In this document: positions 30,935 through 42,187 of the stretch, one piece after another
How positions within the stretch are numbered: position 1 is the stretch's first letter
How the letters are laid out: each line of letters opens with the position of its first letter
Origin: Candidatus Altimarinota bacterium
Lineage (GTDB): Bacteria; Patescibacteriota; Gracilibacteria; BD1-5; UBA2023
Length of the DNA stretch: 64,000 nucleotides
Assembly: GCA_023260135.1 (NCBI GenBank)
Contig: JALQWG010000002.1
Span: 52,440-116,439 of the forward strand
Reading direction: 5' to 3'
Position numbers and translations under genes: made by a program
Notes under the pieces: model-generated
What the model was told of the DNA's origin: nothing
The model's database searches: none
What the model saw: the letters and a program-made list of their open reading frames with translations, nothing else

Positions 30935-32950
30935 ATGAAAACATTTTATATAAAAACATTCGGATGTCAGATGAACTATGCTGATAGTGAGAAGATCAAT
31001 ATGATCCTCATGTCTGCAGGACTGCGCAAGGTCATCGATCCTGTGAGGGCTGATGTTGTCATCATGAATACGTGTTCTGTCCGTCAAAAGTGAGAGGACA
31101 AGGTTTTTGGTTTTATGCGTGAGATTGCTCGTTTCCACTCTCAATCTAGAGAGCAGAGAGCAGAGAGCAGAGAGCAGGGAATGATAAATTCTAGTCAAGA
31201 AAAAAATTCTGCCAACTGCCAACTGCCAACTGCCAACTATCCTCTCTTCGGTATCACGGGTTGTATGGTGCGTAAGAGTGGACTCGCGAAGAGATATCTC
31301 GTGGATGAAGAATGAATAATGAAGAATGAAGAATACAAGAGGCATGGAACCAAAAAAATAGAACTCCTCAGTGGAGTAGATTCTCTCATGAACTATGATG
31401 ATGAACTCTTCCTCCGCTCACCACTGATAGACTTCGTATTCCGTATCGAAGAGGTCTCATATCTCACCAAGATCCTCTCACTCATAACGGGTGATGATAT
31501 CGGTAATGATGCCAAGTTCAACGAATACCTCCAAGTGAAGCAACTCTCCGAGAATCCTGCCAGTGCGAATATCATCATCCAGACTGGTTGTGATAACTTC
31601 TGTACATTTTGTATCGTGCCGCATACTCGTGGTCGCGAACTCTCTCGCTCAGAGAATGAGATAGTTACTGAGATACAGGAAGTGGTGAAAAACTGAGCCC
31701 GTGAAGTGACACTCCTCGGACAGAATGTGAATAGTTATGGAAAAGAAACTCGTGCCAAGCTCTGGAATCCAGAGGAACTGACATGGGATAAAAGCCTCCT
31801 CTTGAAAGGAGGTGCCGACGAAGGAGGCGGAGGATTTCCTGGTAGTATCCGTACATGAAAGGAAGATAGGATATGGTATAGACAAGATCTTGTCCAAAAA
31901 GCTACTGAACTCAGGAAAAATATGACTTGACCTGAGAAGCACCTTTGGTATGAGCTACTTTCTTGAAATAGACTTGAATGATTTCATTTTCTGAGACAGA
32001 AACCGCTTTTGGATTATATTGTAGACTTCTATTGTGATGACCTGGCTCTTGTGATTGAGATAGATGGTGAGAGTCATATAGGCAATGAGGAATATGATAC
32101 AAAAAGAGATTCCGAATTATTAAAAGAGGGAATTTTGACTATTCGTTACACCAATGATGATATCATCAAGAACCTAGATGGTGTGAGAGAAAATCTTTTA
32201 CAGGTTATACAGGAAAGACAGAAAATCCTCAGTCGCTATCGCGACAGCTCCTTTCAAAAAGGAGCCCCAAAAACCCCTTTCCGTGAACTCCTCGAAGATA
32301 TCAACTCTATCGACGGGCTCGATCGTATCCGATTCACGAGTTCCAATCCTCATGACATGACTCGCGATATTCTCGATGCACACTTCGACCTCGATAAGAT
32401 GTGTCCATATCTCCACTTCGCACTGCAGTCGTGAAGTGATAAGATGCTCAAGCGGATGAATCGAAAGCATACCTATGCTGACTTCAAGGCGCAACTCGAC
32501 TATCTCCGTTCTCGTGATCCACTCTTCTCGATATCGACTGACATCATCGTCGGATTCCCCTGAGAGACAGAGGAAGAGTTCCAGGCAACTGCGACTGCGA
32601 TGCGCGAGTGTCAGTTCGACTTTGCATTCATCGCGAGATACTCTCCACGCTCGGGTACTATCGCGACTGACAAGTACGAGGATGACATCTCTCCGAGTGA
32701 GAAGGCTCGTCGCTGGAATATCCTCAATGATATCCTCCGAGAGTCAGTCCACGCTCGCAATGCACTCATGATTGGTCGCGAAGAGGAGATACTCATATCC
32801 TGAGAATGAAAAGATGATACCATGACAGGACGTACTCGCAACTGGAAGGAAGTACTCACCCCGAAGACATCAGATATAAAAGTTGGAGACCTTGTGAAGG
32901 TAAAAATCACAGAGAGTGAAGGGTGGGTGTTGAAAGGGGAGAGAATATAG
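30935..32950 (+). CDS. miaB: tRNA methylthiotransferase MiaB with large in-frame insertions (671 aa, versus roughly 450 as I recall for typical MiaB)
   Basis: UPF0004 N-domain [13 protein letters not shown]...NTCSVR; radical [14 protein letters not shown]; [10 protein letters not shown]; RIRFTSSNP; LHFALQS[G]S; C-terminal TRAM domain. All pieces (30935.., 31319..31696, 32009..32434, 32600..32803) share one frame. TAG stop at 32948-32950. Confidence 0.85.
31148..31177 (+). repeat. Tandem heptanucleotide repeat (AGAGAGC) x4 plus AG inside miaB
   Basis: Read directly from the sequence. Encodes [10 protein letters not shown]. Confidence 0.9.
31209..31238 (+). repeat. Tandem heptanucleotide repeat (CTGCCAA) x4 plus CT inside miaB
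   Basis: Read directly from the sequence. Encodes ANCQLPTAN. It lies 31 nt downstream of the first array. Confidence 0.9.
31793..32265 (+). mobile_element. DUF559 (Vsr/MutH-like endonuclease fold) cassette inserted in frame in miaB, bounded by hairpins
   Basis: Insert peptide ...RKNMT[G][11 protein letters not shown][G]NRLE[G][32 protein letters not shown]...[10 protein letters not shown] matches the DUF559 pattern. Flanks are CCTCCTCTTGAAAGGAGG (31795-31812) and GCTCCTTTCAAAAAGGAGC (32247-32265). Confidence 0.6.
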
Positions 32951-33007
32951 TTGCAAAAATACTATAATCGATTATCTTGAGGGAGTTTACATTCTCTCTT
33001 TATTACT

Positions 33008-34549
33008 ATGTTTGACATCACTTCTTGGGTTCGTGAGACAGTATTCCGTCGGCCGAAGCTAGTTCAGAGTATTGCTGGAGAGGAGCTCTCAGAAAAGCAG
33101 ACAACCAAGATGGGCTACTTTCTTCTGGTGTGTATGTTTTTTGCCATCATCTCGACGGCTCAGTGGACACTCTCTATTATTAAGGATATTCCACAGAGAC
33201 CAATGCCAGTTCCAACATGTATCTCGAAACTTCTGAGTACATTTGACCAGCAGAATACAAATTATACTAATTATATCTATAACGATTATTCTTATTCGTA
33301 TAGCTATTATGGATACAATGATTGTAATCTCGTCTCTACCAATCCTGAATATGACTTCACAACTCAATATAATACCCTAAGGGTTCCGTATGAGAATATC
33401 AAGTCAAAATCCCAAGAGATAGCTGAATTAGAATCAAACAAAAATAATGCACAGTATCGTCAGAATAGTAATCAACAGGACTACAATACTTCACTCTCGG
33501 AGAGAACTGCAGGAGAGGATAGACCTATATATGATGGACAACAGATACGCAATAATATCATGAGTACGAGAGATACTCTTACTTATCTTGAATCTCAGAT
33601 CCAAGTACTGAGCACTGATATCGATACTCTTAAGAAGCAATATGCTCCACAAGTATCAATCCTAAAAAATCAAGCGAGTATAGCAGAATCTGCATATTAT
33701 AGAGCACAGCTCGTATACCGTATGACGATAGCGCTTCTATCACTCTTTTTTGCTGGGGCTGTATTTATCGTTCTCTATCGTCTCTATGTCCGTAGGAAGA
33801 TAGAAAATAGTCCTCATACAATTATTTTTTCGGTTGCGACTTTTGCATATTGACTTGTCCTTCTCCAGATCCTTCTCTTTTTTCTCTGGGATATCATACC
33901 ACACAAGTTCCTCAACTGGCTTCTTGGTATTATCTCGCTTTTTACTCCACTTCTCTATCTCGTCCAATTCCTCTGGCCTGTAATCATTGTTGCTATATTT
34001 GGTTATCTTGTCTACCGTATCCAGAAGCGACTCTATTCTCCTCAGAATGTTCTCAAACGGTTCGTTATGGATAAAAAATGTCCAAACTGCTGAAATGCTG
34101 TAGATATGCTGAAGCCATTTTGTCCTCTCTGTTCACACGAGATACATATACACTGCCCACATTGTCATGAGCTTACCATGAAGGGTATGCCATATTGTTC
34201 AAATTGTGGGACTAATTTACCCAAGGAAAGCGATATTATAGAGTCAAAAAATGTTTTACATATCGCTGATGAGAAAATAGAATCACAAGGATATTCAGGT
34301 GTTGTGTTTTACCTTGATGATGGTACGAGTTTTGTATCTCGAAGAGAGACAATTATTCAACTCGCGCTCTATATACAATCAAAGATGAATAAGAATACAT
34401 TTGCTGCATCAGAATTTGTACCATTTATGGAAAACATCCTGAATCAAGTAGATAAAAAAGGTATAAGTCAGACTGAACTCGATCGAATAACAGGTAAGAT
34501 ACATACATGGGCAAAGGTATGATGAAGATTTGAACTACAAAAGAAGTAA
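33008..34549 (+). CDS. Membrane protein with double zinc-ribbon and Tyr/Asn-rich low-complexity regions (513 aa)
   Basis: Fragments 33008..33853 and 34106..34522 share a frame. CPNC...CPLC...CPHC...CSNC zinc ribbons and several TM helices. The fragment's TGA end at 34520 reads through to the TAA at 34547-34549. Confidence 0.55.
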
Positions 34550-34550
34550 T

Positions 34551-35345
34551 ATGACTATCATTCTCACTCTGCTCATCTCATACACCATCCTCTTCCTCTA
34601 TGCACTCCATAAGCGAGATAACTCTCTCGTTGATGTGTTTTGGGGATTTGGTTTTATGATCATCGCGGTATTCTCGTTCGCTCAGTCGGATAGGGGAGTA
34701 GTGCAATATGTCATGACAGCACTTATCCTCCTCTGGGGTATACGACTCACATCGCATATTGGTTTTCGCAAGGTCCGTGAAGGCAAGGAAGATCCACGAT
34801 ATGCCAAGTGGCGTGAGGAGTGGGGAAGTGGATGGTATTTTATTATTCGGTCGTATCTGCAGGTTTTTCTCCTCCAGATGGTACTGATGCTCGTGGTCGC
34901 AATGCCGATATTGGTGGTGAATCTGGATTTTCAGTATATATTGGGTGGATTATCTACATTGCGGGAATTCCACCCTGGAGTATTATTGACAGTTTTGTTA
35001 TTATGAACAGCTATCGCACTCTCGGGACTCGTATTCGAGACGATTGCAGATAGACAGCTTCGCGAATTCATGAAGATCAAGAAGCCAGGACAGATATTCA
35101 CCACTGGACTGTATCGATACTCGCGTCATCCGAATTATTTCGGGGAAAGTGTATTCTGGCTCGGTGTGAGTCTCATTGCTCTGCCTTTTTCATATCTCGG
35201 ACTCATAGGTTGGGTGACGATTACTTGTCTCCTCCTCTTCGTCTCATGAGTTCCTCTCCAGGAGGCTCGGTATGAGTGACGTCCAGAGTGGGAAGAATAC
35301 AAGCGGAAAACAAGTGTATTTGTGCCGTGGTGGACCAAGAATTAG
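34551..35345 (+). CDS. DUF1295 / steroid-reductase-like membrane protein (264 aa)
   Basis: KEDPRYAKWR motif and C-terminal YRYSRHPNYFGE. In frame across the TGA at 35004. TAG stop at 35343-35345. Confidence 0.7.
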
Positions 35346-35551
35346 ATTTTTTCTGGTTTTGGTGGTCAGTAGATAGCTGCTCAAGTTGATTCAGAAGTTT
35401 TTTGCTGAATTTGCGCAGTTGGGGTAGTGGCAGGATCTCAGAGATTATTGTTGAGAGCAGATAATTGACCTTGACGCTTGAGTTTATCTACATCATTGAA
35501 TGCATCAGAGAATCGTAGTAGCTCACGCTGATATTGCGCTGGATTAGACAT
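35342..35551 (-). CDS. Possible small protein (69 aa)
   Basis: Code-25 ORF from the ATG at 35549-35551 to the TAA at 35342-35344 with 3 TGA. No motif. Weak call. Confidence 0.25.
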
Positions 35552-35661
35552 AAGTGCTGAGAAAAGTAATTAATTTTTCAGTCTATGAATACTCGTTAGG
35601 AAGTCAAAACTTTGTATGATAATTGATTTTGAGTTTCGTGAGAGACTGTTATACTGGTTCT

Positions 35662-36339
35662 ATGCAAAAGAGAACGTTTTTCATCGGGGATGTACATGGT
35701 TGTTATGATGAACTCATCGCGCTTATAGCTCATGCGGGCATAACCGATGACGATGATATATACTTCGTCTGAGACCTCATCAACAAGTGACCTCGTTCCC
35801 ATGCGGTTGTCGAGTACGTGATGCATCGTCCGAATACATACTGTGTGAAGGGGAATCATGAATTTTTTACATTCTTTGACGTGGCGCATATAGACTCGCT
35901 CGAGTGAATATCTGAGAGTAGGAAAAACTGGATCAAAAAAGAAGTCCCAGCATATGCTCTCGCAACATGAGGACTCGATGAATATGCTGAGTGGCTCAAG
36001 TCTCTCCCGCATATTATCGAACGAGAGGATTTTATCGTCGTGCATGCAGGATTGCATCCTGACTATGGACTCGCAACTCCACCAGAACTCGCAAGTATGA
36101 TTCGAATACATGAGTGACGGCCGTGGTATGAGTACTATACAGGAGACAAACCTGTTATCTATGGTCACTGGGCAGCAGAGTGACTCCGAGTGAGACACAA
36201 TACTATCTGACTTGATACTGGTTGTTGCTTTGGTGGGGCGCTTACGGCATACTGTCTCGAGACAGGTGAATTCTCTCAGGTACGGGCGAATAAGGTCTAC
36301 AAGGAACCGGCACATTGGAAGTATAATTCTATATCTTAA
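35662..36339 (+). CDS. Metallophosphoesterase, ApaH/PrpE-like (225 aa)
   Basis: FIGDVHGCYDEL, FV[G]DLINK[G]P and GNHE motifs. It lies antisense to the spurious 239-aa standard-code ORF 35596..36315. TAA stop at 36337-36339. Confidence 0.8.
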
Positions 36340-36352
36340 TCTAATATTTGTT

Positions 36353-37060
36353 ATGAACTATATCTTCCTCATTACATCTCTCATTGTAATTGCCTTTACC
36401 ACTCTCGTGAGTATCCCGGGTTCTCCGTATCTCATCGGTGGGATGACACAGGCGGATATCTCGAACATGTTTCCCTCGGCTATCACGCCTGCAGGGGTTA
36501 CATTCTCTATCTGGTCTCTCATCTATCTCTCATGGATAGTTGCTGGAGTGTATGTTGCATTCTTCCAGAAGAAAAAAGAGACTAGTAAAACTCTCTGTGT
36601 ATTTTCTCTCGCGATCCTGCTCACAGGAGTCTGGCTTGTACCATGGGGATATATCTGGATCGGTACTTCACTTGTCGTGATGCTCGTGATACTAGGACTC
36701 CTCAAGTACACATTCCACCATACTCGCGACTCGCATCCTGCACTCAAGTATAGTGTCGAGCTCACACTCGGATGGATCAATATAGCAACTGTTGCCAATG
36801 TGACTATCTGGCTTCTCTCACTTGGATTTACCGGTGCGGGGATACCAGAGGTCTACTGGGCAATTGGCGTACTCGCTCTCGCACTCGGACTCACACTCTA
36901 CTACCAACTCAGATATCGTGCATATATCATCTCAGCTGTATTTCTCTGGACGATGATAGGGGAGTGGATAGCACATGATAACTTTCTCCAGAGAGGATTT
37001 GTCATCGGTTATGCAATCATATCTATCGGTGCAATAGTCTATACATATATGAAAAAATAA
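36353..37060 (+). CDS. Polytopic Trp-rich membrane protein (TspO/MBR-like, tentative), 235 aa
   Basis: Intact ORF with about 6 hydrophobic helices and W-rich loops. The family assignment is by general resemblance only. Confidence 0.4.
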   Translation: MNYIFLITSLIVIAFTTLVSIPGSPYLIGGMTQADISNMFPSAITPAGVTFSIWSLIYLSWIVAGVYVAFFQKKKETSKTLCVFSLAILLTGVWLVPWGYIWIGTSLVVMLVILGLLKYTFHHTRDSHPALKYSVELTLGWINIATVANVTIWLLSLGFTGAGIPEVYWAIGVLALALGLTLYYQLRYRAYIISAVFLWTMIGEWIAHDNFLQRGFVIGYAIISIGAIVYTYMKK

Positions 37061-37085
37061 AAATCCCCGAGTGGGGATTTTTTTA
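37058..37085. terminator. Bidirectional terminator
   Basis: AAAAATCCCC-gagt-GGGGATTTTTTT. Confidence 0.6.
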
Positions 37086-37107
37086 ATGTATATGATATAT
37101 CAAAAAT

Positions 37108-37150
37108 CAGAAACCCTGGATCCTTCGTTCCTCAGGATGACGGAAACAGA
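37108..37150. repeat. Single unit of the REP/MITE-like repeat family
   Basis: CAGAAACCCTGGATCCTTCGTTCCTCAGGATGACGGAAACAG. Compare 18697-18740 and 15084-15117. Confidence 0.5.
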
Positions 37151-37164
37151 ATATTGAATATTTT

Positions 37165-39786
37165 TTAATGCACAAGTGTGTGCTTCATGAACTTCTTGCG
37201 AAGCTCCATAAATATCATCGGAATGAGTGAAAAGAGGAGGATGATACCCCAATCCTTATATCCGAGTGGTTCTGTACCAAGGACAGAGTTCAGGAATGGG
37301 ATATAGACGATCGCGAGGACGAGAAGGACTGAGAGTGTCACCGCCCCGAGATGGTAGAGATTCGCGAGGTAGTTCGTCTCGAATATAGAGCGAGTCGGTG
37401 CAATAGCGGAGAATGTATTGACCATCTGGATGATCACGAGTCCAGCAAAAGCGGCTGTTACAGCGTGCTGCCAGTTGCCATTGTCTATCGTACCATATGT
37501 CCAACCATCACCGAGAAGAGTGATGAGGAATATCCCAACAACACAGAGTCCGATGGTGATACCCGTGATGATAAAACTCATGATGAACTTCCGATTCACG
37601 ATACGAGCACGAGGGTCCCGAGGAGGCATCTTCATGTTTTCTCTATCTGCTGGCCCGACTCACATCGCGATAGCAGGGAGGATATCTGTACCGAGGTTGA
37701 TACAGAGGATGAGGACGGCAGTGAGGGCATTCGGGATAAAAAATATAATTGATGCGGTCACTGTCACGAGTTCACCAGTATTGGATGAGAACATGTACCA
37801 GATGAATTTTTTGAGATTTTGGTATATGCGTCGACCTTCCTCGACTGCCTTCACGATAGAGGCAAATGAATCATTCATGAGGATCATGGTTGCTGATTCC
37901 TTGGATACCTCAGTTCCTGCGATTCACATGGCGATACCGATATCTGCCTTTTTGAGTGCTGGAGCGTCATTGACTCCGTCACCAGTCATGGCGACGACTT
38001 CTCCGAGTTCCTGGAGGAGTGATACGATACGCATCTTGTCTGCTGGGAGTGCGCGAGAGAATATGAGAGATTCTTTGCGTGCGAGAATCTTTTTTAATTC
38101 TTCATCTGATATCTTCGCGACATCCTCTCCGACGAATACGTTTTGGAGTTCTTTTTTTGCATGATCTCGGCCTATAATCTTCGATATGATACCAAGTTCC
38201 TTACCTATGGCGCCTGCAGTGATGCCGTAGTCACCGGTGATAACGATGACACGGATACCAGCGTCCTTGCATTCTCCTACTGCGACCTTGGCTTCTTCAC
38301 GAGGTGGATCGATCATACCAACAAGACCGATGAATGTGAGTCCTTCTTCTGCTTCGGTTTCATCTTTTGGTGTTTTTGTATATGTTCGCTCAGCAAATGC
38401 CAGTACTCGGAGTGCCTGTTCTGCCATATGAGTATACTTGTCTCGGATATTTTCGAGGTCAGTCTCGGTCATCACACGTACCTCTGTACCGTCATCGATA
38501 TGTGTACAGTGTGCGAGCACATGGTCAGGAGATCACTTGACGAGGATTTTTCACCCTGCGAGAGCACTCATCATCTTGCGATCCGAGTCGAATGGAAATA
38601 CTCCATCTAGTTTTTTGTCTCCACTGATTGTTCCTGGATGTATCTTCTCCACGAGTGTCATGAGGGCTCACTCGGTCGGATCTCCGAGCATGATATAGTC
38701 GTCATCTTTTTCGGTGAGAGAGGATTCGTTACACTTCCATGCTATGTTTGTGAGCTTCGTGAGGAGGGGGTCAGTTGTATCTCCAGTGATCTTGCCATGA
38801 GTTGGATCATATCCGACACCACTGACACCAATATGCTTGCCGTCAGCGAGGTGGATGACACGTACGGTCATCTCATTCTTCGTCAGAGTTCCTGTCTTAT
38901 CCGAACATATGGTTGTCACTGCACCGAGTGTCTCGACGGAGGAGAGTTTTTTGACCACGACTTTTTTTCCTGCAAGGACGGATGCACCGAGTGCGAGTGC
39001 AATAGTGATAGTGGTTGGGAGTCACTCAGGAACTGCCGCGATAGCGATAGAGACGGCATACATGAGGTTGTCGACAAATGCTCCTGCTCCGTCGCGGTAC
39101 ATCGATATCATTAATATGATGATACAGATACCGAGCGTGAGCTTGGCAACGAACTTTCCTATGTTTTTGAGTTCTTTTTGGAGTGGAGATTCGACCTTCT
39201 TAGTCTCGACGGCGAGTCGTGCAATCTCACCGAATCGCGTTGCGCTACCAGTTTTGGTCACTTCATAGATACCACTTCACTTCGCGATACCCGTTCACAT
39301 ATAGACTTCGTCTCCTATTTCTTTGCCGACTGGAACACTCTCACCCGTGAGTGCTGCTTCCTCGACACGGAGCGAGTGTGACTCGATGAGTTTTCCATCT
39401 GCTGGTATCTTGTCTCATTCTCCGAGGATAACCATATCTCATGGAACGAGTTCCTTCACACTGATCTTCTGTTCTCATCCATCACGATATACTCGTATCT
39501 CTGGGAGTATCATCTTCTGGAGGGCTGCGAGAGTTTTTTCTGTGCGGAATTCCTGGAAGAATCCGATGAATCAGTTCAGGAGGATGATAAAAACTATCAC
39601 GAGCGTATCGACAACTTCACCATGATATCCCGATATCATCGCTGCGATGATGAGGATGATGACGAGGATGTCACTAAATTGGCTCGCGAGCATCTTGTAC
39701 CAAGGATTTTTGTTTTCTGCCTTGAGTTCGTTGGGTCCGTACTGGAGGAGGAGCTTTTGTGCTTCGGCGGTGGAGAGTCCCTGCAT
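37165..39786 (-). CDS. P-type (P2, Ca2+/cation) transporting ATPase (873 aa)
   Basis: Phosphorylation site CSDKTGTLT; hinge [21 protein letters not shown]; TGD. Six standard-code fragments are all in one frame. TAA stop at 37165-37167. Confidence 0.92.
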
Positions 39787-39949
39787 ATTGATGGGATTAT
39801 AGAGTATGATATTATGAGACTATCATATATTTCTGTATTTGTAAAAAAACAGAGTATTTTCTCTCCAAAAAATTGCATTTTCATGATTTTTGTCTATTAT
39901 CCTCTCGGTTTTATCAAAAACTCAATCCTAATTCCTAAAAATTCAATAT

Positions 39950-40249
39950 ATGGACTTCAAACAAGCACAAGAACTCATGAAACTCCAGCAACAAGCCCAA
40001 AAAATCCAAGAAGAACTCTCAAATACTCATATCGAGGCTGAGGTAGACGGAGTGGTTGTTACTATTGATGGTCAACTCAAAGTCGTCACAACAGTTATCG
40101 AGGACAAGTCTATCCTCGCAGATCAGGCAAAACTCGAGAAGGCATTTACAGACGCAGTAAACAAGGGTATGAAAAAGGCTCAAGAAATCGCTGCAGATCG
40201 TATGCGTGGGGTTATGGGTCAGATGGGACTCAACCTTCCTGGAATGTAA
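39950..40249 (+). CDS. ybaB: YbaB/EbfC nucleoid-associated protein (99 aa)
   Basis: Intact ORF of typical size. Central VVVTIDGQLKV beta-hairpin region and C-terminal GLNLPGM. Confidence 0.85.
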   Translation: MDFKQAQELMKLQQQAQKIQEELSNTHIEAEVDGVVVTIDGQLKVVTTVIEDKSILADQAKLEKAFTDAVNKGMKKAQEIAADRMRGVMGQMGLNLPGM

Positions 40250-40273
40250 TACTTTTCAGTGTATAGCCATAGT

Positions 40274-40336
40274 AAAAGTGCATAGATTCGAATAAATAAA
40301 ATAAATACAAATCTATGCCTATGTCTATGCACTTTT
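40274..40336. repeat. 13-bp perfect inverted repeat AAAAGTGCATAGA ... TCTATGCACTTTT (possible ybaB terminator or operator)
   Basis: Arms at 40274-40286 and 40324-40336, separated by 37 nt, followed by a T-run. The same 13-mer occurs at 22865-22877 and an 11-13-mer at 47152-47164. Confidence 0.5.
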
Positions 40337-40348
40337 TTCTAATAATAT

Positions 40349-40822
40349 ATGAATCCAAAAGTTCAACTCTCCACTAACTTCGGTGATATCATCCTCGAAC
40401 TCTATCCTGAATACGCTCCGAAGGCTGTCGAGAACTTCATCGGTCTCACGAATCAGGGATACTATGATGGTGTCATATTTCACCGCGTCATCCGTGACTT
40501 CATGATCCAGTGAGGTGATCCAACTGGTACAGGTCGTGGTGGGCAGAGCATCTGGAAGCGAGCATTCGAAGATGAATTCACATTCGACCTCACGCACAAG
40601 CGTGGAGTCATCTCTATGGCCAATGCTGGTCGCAATACCAACGGCTCACAGTTCTTTATCGTCACGGCTGATGATGCATCGTTCCTTGACCGCAAGCATA
40701 CGATATTCGGACGAGTCATCGAAGGTATGAGCGTAGTTGATGATATCGAGCGACTTCCAGTTGATGGGCAAGATAGACCGAAGATGGAGGTCAAGATACA
40801 AAAAGCGACGGTACTCGCTTAA
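40349..40822 (+). CDS. ppiB: Cyclophilin-type peptidyl-prolyl isomerase (157 aa)
   Basis: [11 protein letters not shown][G]GDPTGTG with TGA at 40511-40513; [19 protein letters not shown] stop. Confidence 0.9.
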
Positions 40823-40867
40823 AAGTCCTCTCAGGAGGGCTTTTTATTTTCCTAAAGTTTCAGAAAT

Positions 40868-42187
40868 ATGTACAACCGCAGCCTCTACATATTCCGTCAG
40901 GATCTCCGAACACATGATAATACTGCGCTTATCGAAGCAGTAAAAAACTCAAAAGAAGTTTTTCCTATTTTTATCCATGATACTCGTGCAATAGAGGAGT
41001 TCGGTGAGGATGATACACGATTCGGATTCATCCGGGAGGCACTCGAGGAGATAGATAGGACACTTCAGGAGTTCTGATGACGAGTGAATGTATACTCTGG
41101 AAAACCTGATGATATAGTTCCAGGAATTATAGAAAAGTATTATATCGATGCAGTATTCGTGAATCGGAGTTACTCGCCTCGTGGTAAGTCCCGTGATGAG
41201 TTTATTATGGCATATTGTGATGCTCATGGTGTAGATTTTCATTCGTATCAGGATTTTCTCATGGTGGAGCCATACGAGTGTGAACAACGGAAGGTATTTA
41301 CACCCTATTCTATGCTATGGAAGAAGTTCCTCCTCGCACATCCAGAGAGACTCGAGATACAGGAATTCGATGGCAGTGGTACAAGTTGGTTCGTACCAAC
41401 AGACAGAAGAGAAATATCTGATATTATCAGTGTGCCATATCATCGGTACTGGACTCTCACTCTCGGTCGAGAGAGGATAGGTCGTGACTTCTCTCACTAT
41501 GATGAACTCCGCAACCTCCCTGCTATAGATGGTTCTACGAGACTCTCTCCGTATATCAGGTTCGGGATATTCTCTGTGAGAGAGATATATGCCAAGGTAT
41601 CATCCAATCCTACACTCCTCTCAGAGATAATCTGGCGAGAATTCTGGTACCATATTGCGTATTATTTTCCATTCACGTATGAGCTCGAGTTCCAGGAACG
41701 TAGACGCTCTATACTATGGAAAACTGATGTTACATCATACGAGTATGAAAAGTTTGAAAAGTGAGAAACATGATATCCTCTCGTTGATGCGGCTATCCGT
41801 CAGCTCATCGGGACCAACTGGATGCACAATCGACTCCGTATGGTGGTGGCATCCTTCCTCACCAAGAATCTCGGATATGACTGGAGAATAGGGGAGAAGT
41901 TCTTTAAAAAATACCTCATCGATTATGATGAGGCAGTGAACTATGGAAACTGGCAGTGGAGTGCATCGGTTGGTGCAGACCCCAAGCCTGTCAGGATTTT
42001 TAATCCTTTGTTACAATCAGAGAAGTTCGATGCTGAGTGCAAGTTCATAAGGCGCTATATTCCAGAACTCGAGTGAGTGAGCTCAGAAGATATTCATACT
42101 CTCAATCTCACAGGAAGATATCATCGACCGATAGTAGGGCAAAAGGAGAGTGCGGCAGAGGCAAGGGAGAGGTATAGAGGAGGTTAA
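40868..42187 (+). CDS. phr: Deoxyribodipyrimidine photolyase / cryptochrome family (439 aa)
   Basis: N-terminus [16 protein letters not shown]; FAD-binding region [32 protein letters not shown]. Three fragments share one frame. TAA stop at 42185-42187. Confidence 0.85.

Noticed and set aside
31148-31238. Possible CRISPR-like or other spaced repeat array.
   Set aside because: The units are only 7 nt, directly tandem with no spacers, and lie inside the miaB reading frame.
31793-32265. Intein interpretation of the miaB insertion.
   Set aside because: There is no Cys/Ser/Thr at the N-terminal junction, no His-Asn plus Cys/Ser/Thr at the C-terminal junction, and no HINT blocks. The inserted domain matches the DUF559/Vsr-like pattern instead.
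35596-36315. 239-aa standard-code ORF on the minus strand, one of the longest in the supplied track.
   Set aside because: It is exactly antisense to a metallophosphoesterase gene (35662-36339, plus strand) with clear GDVHG / GD..N.GP / GNHE motifs in code 25. The antisense product is Cys-rich with no motif. It stays open only because the sense strand avoids TTA/CTA/TCA in that phase.
37418-38164. 248-aa plus-strand ORF.
   Set aside because: Antisense to the P-type ATPase.
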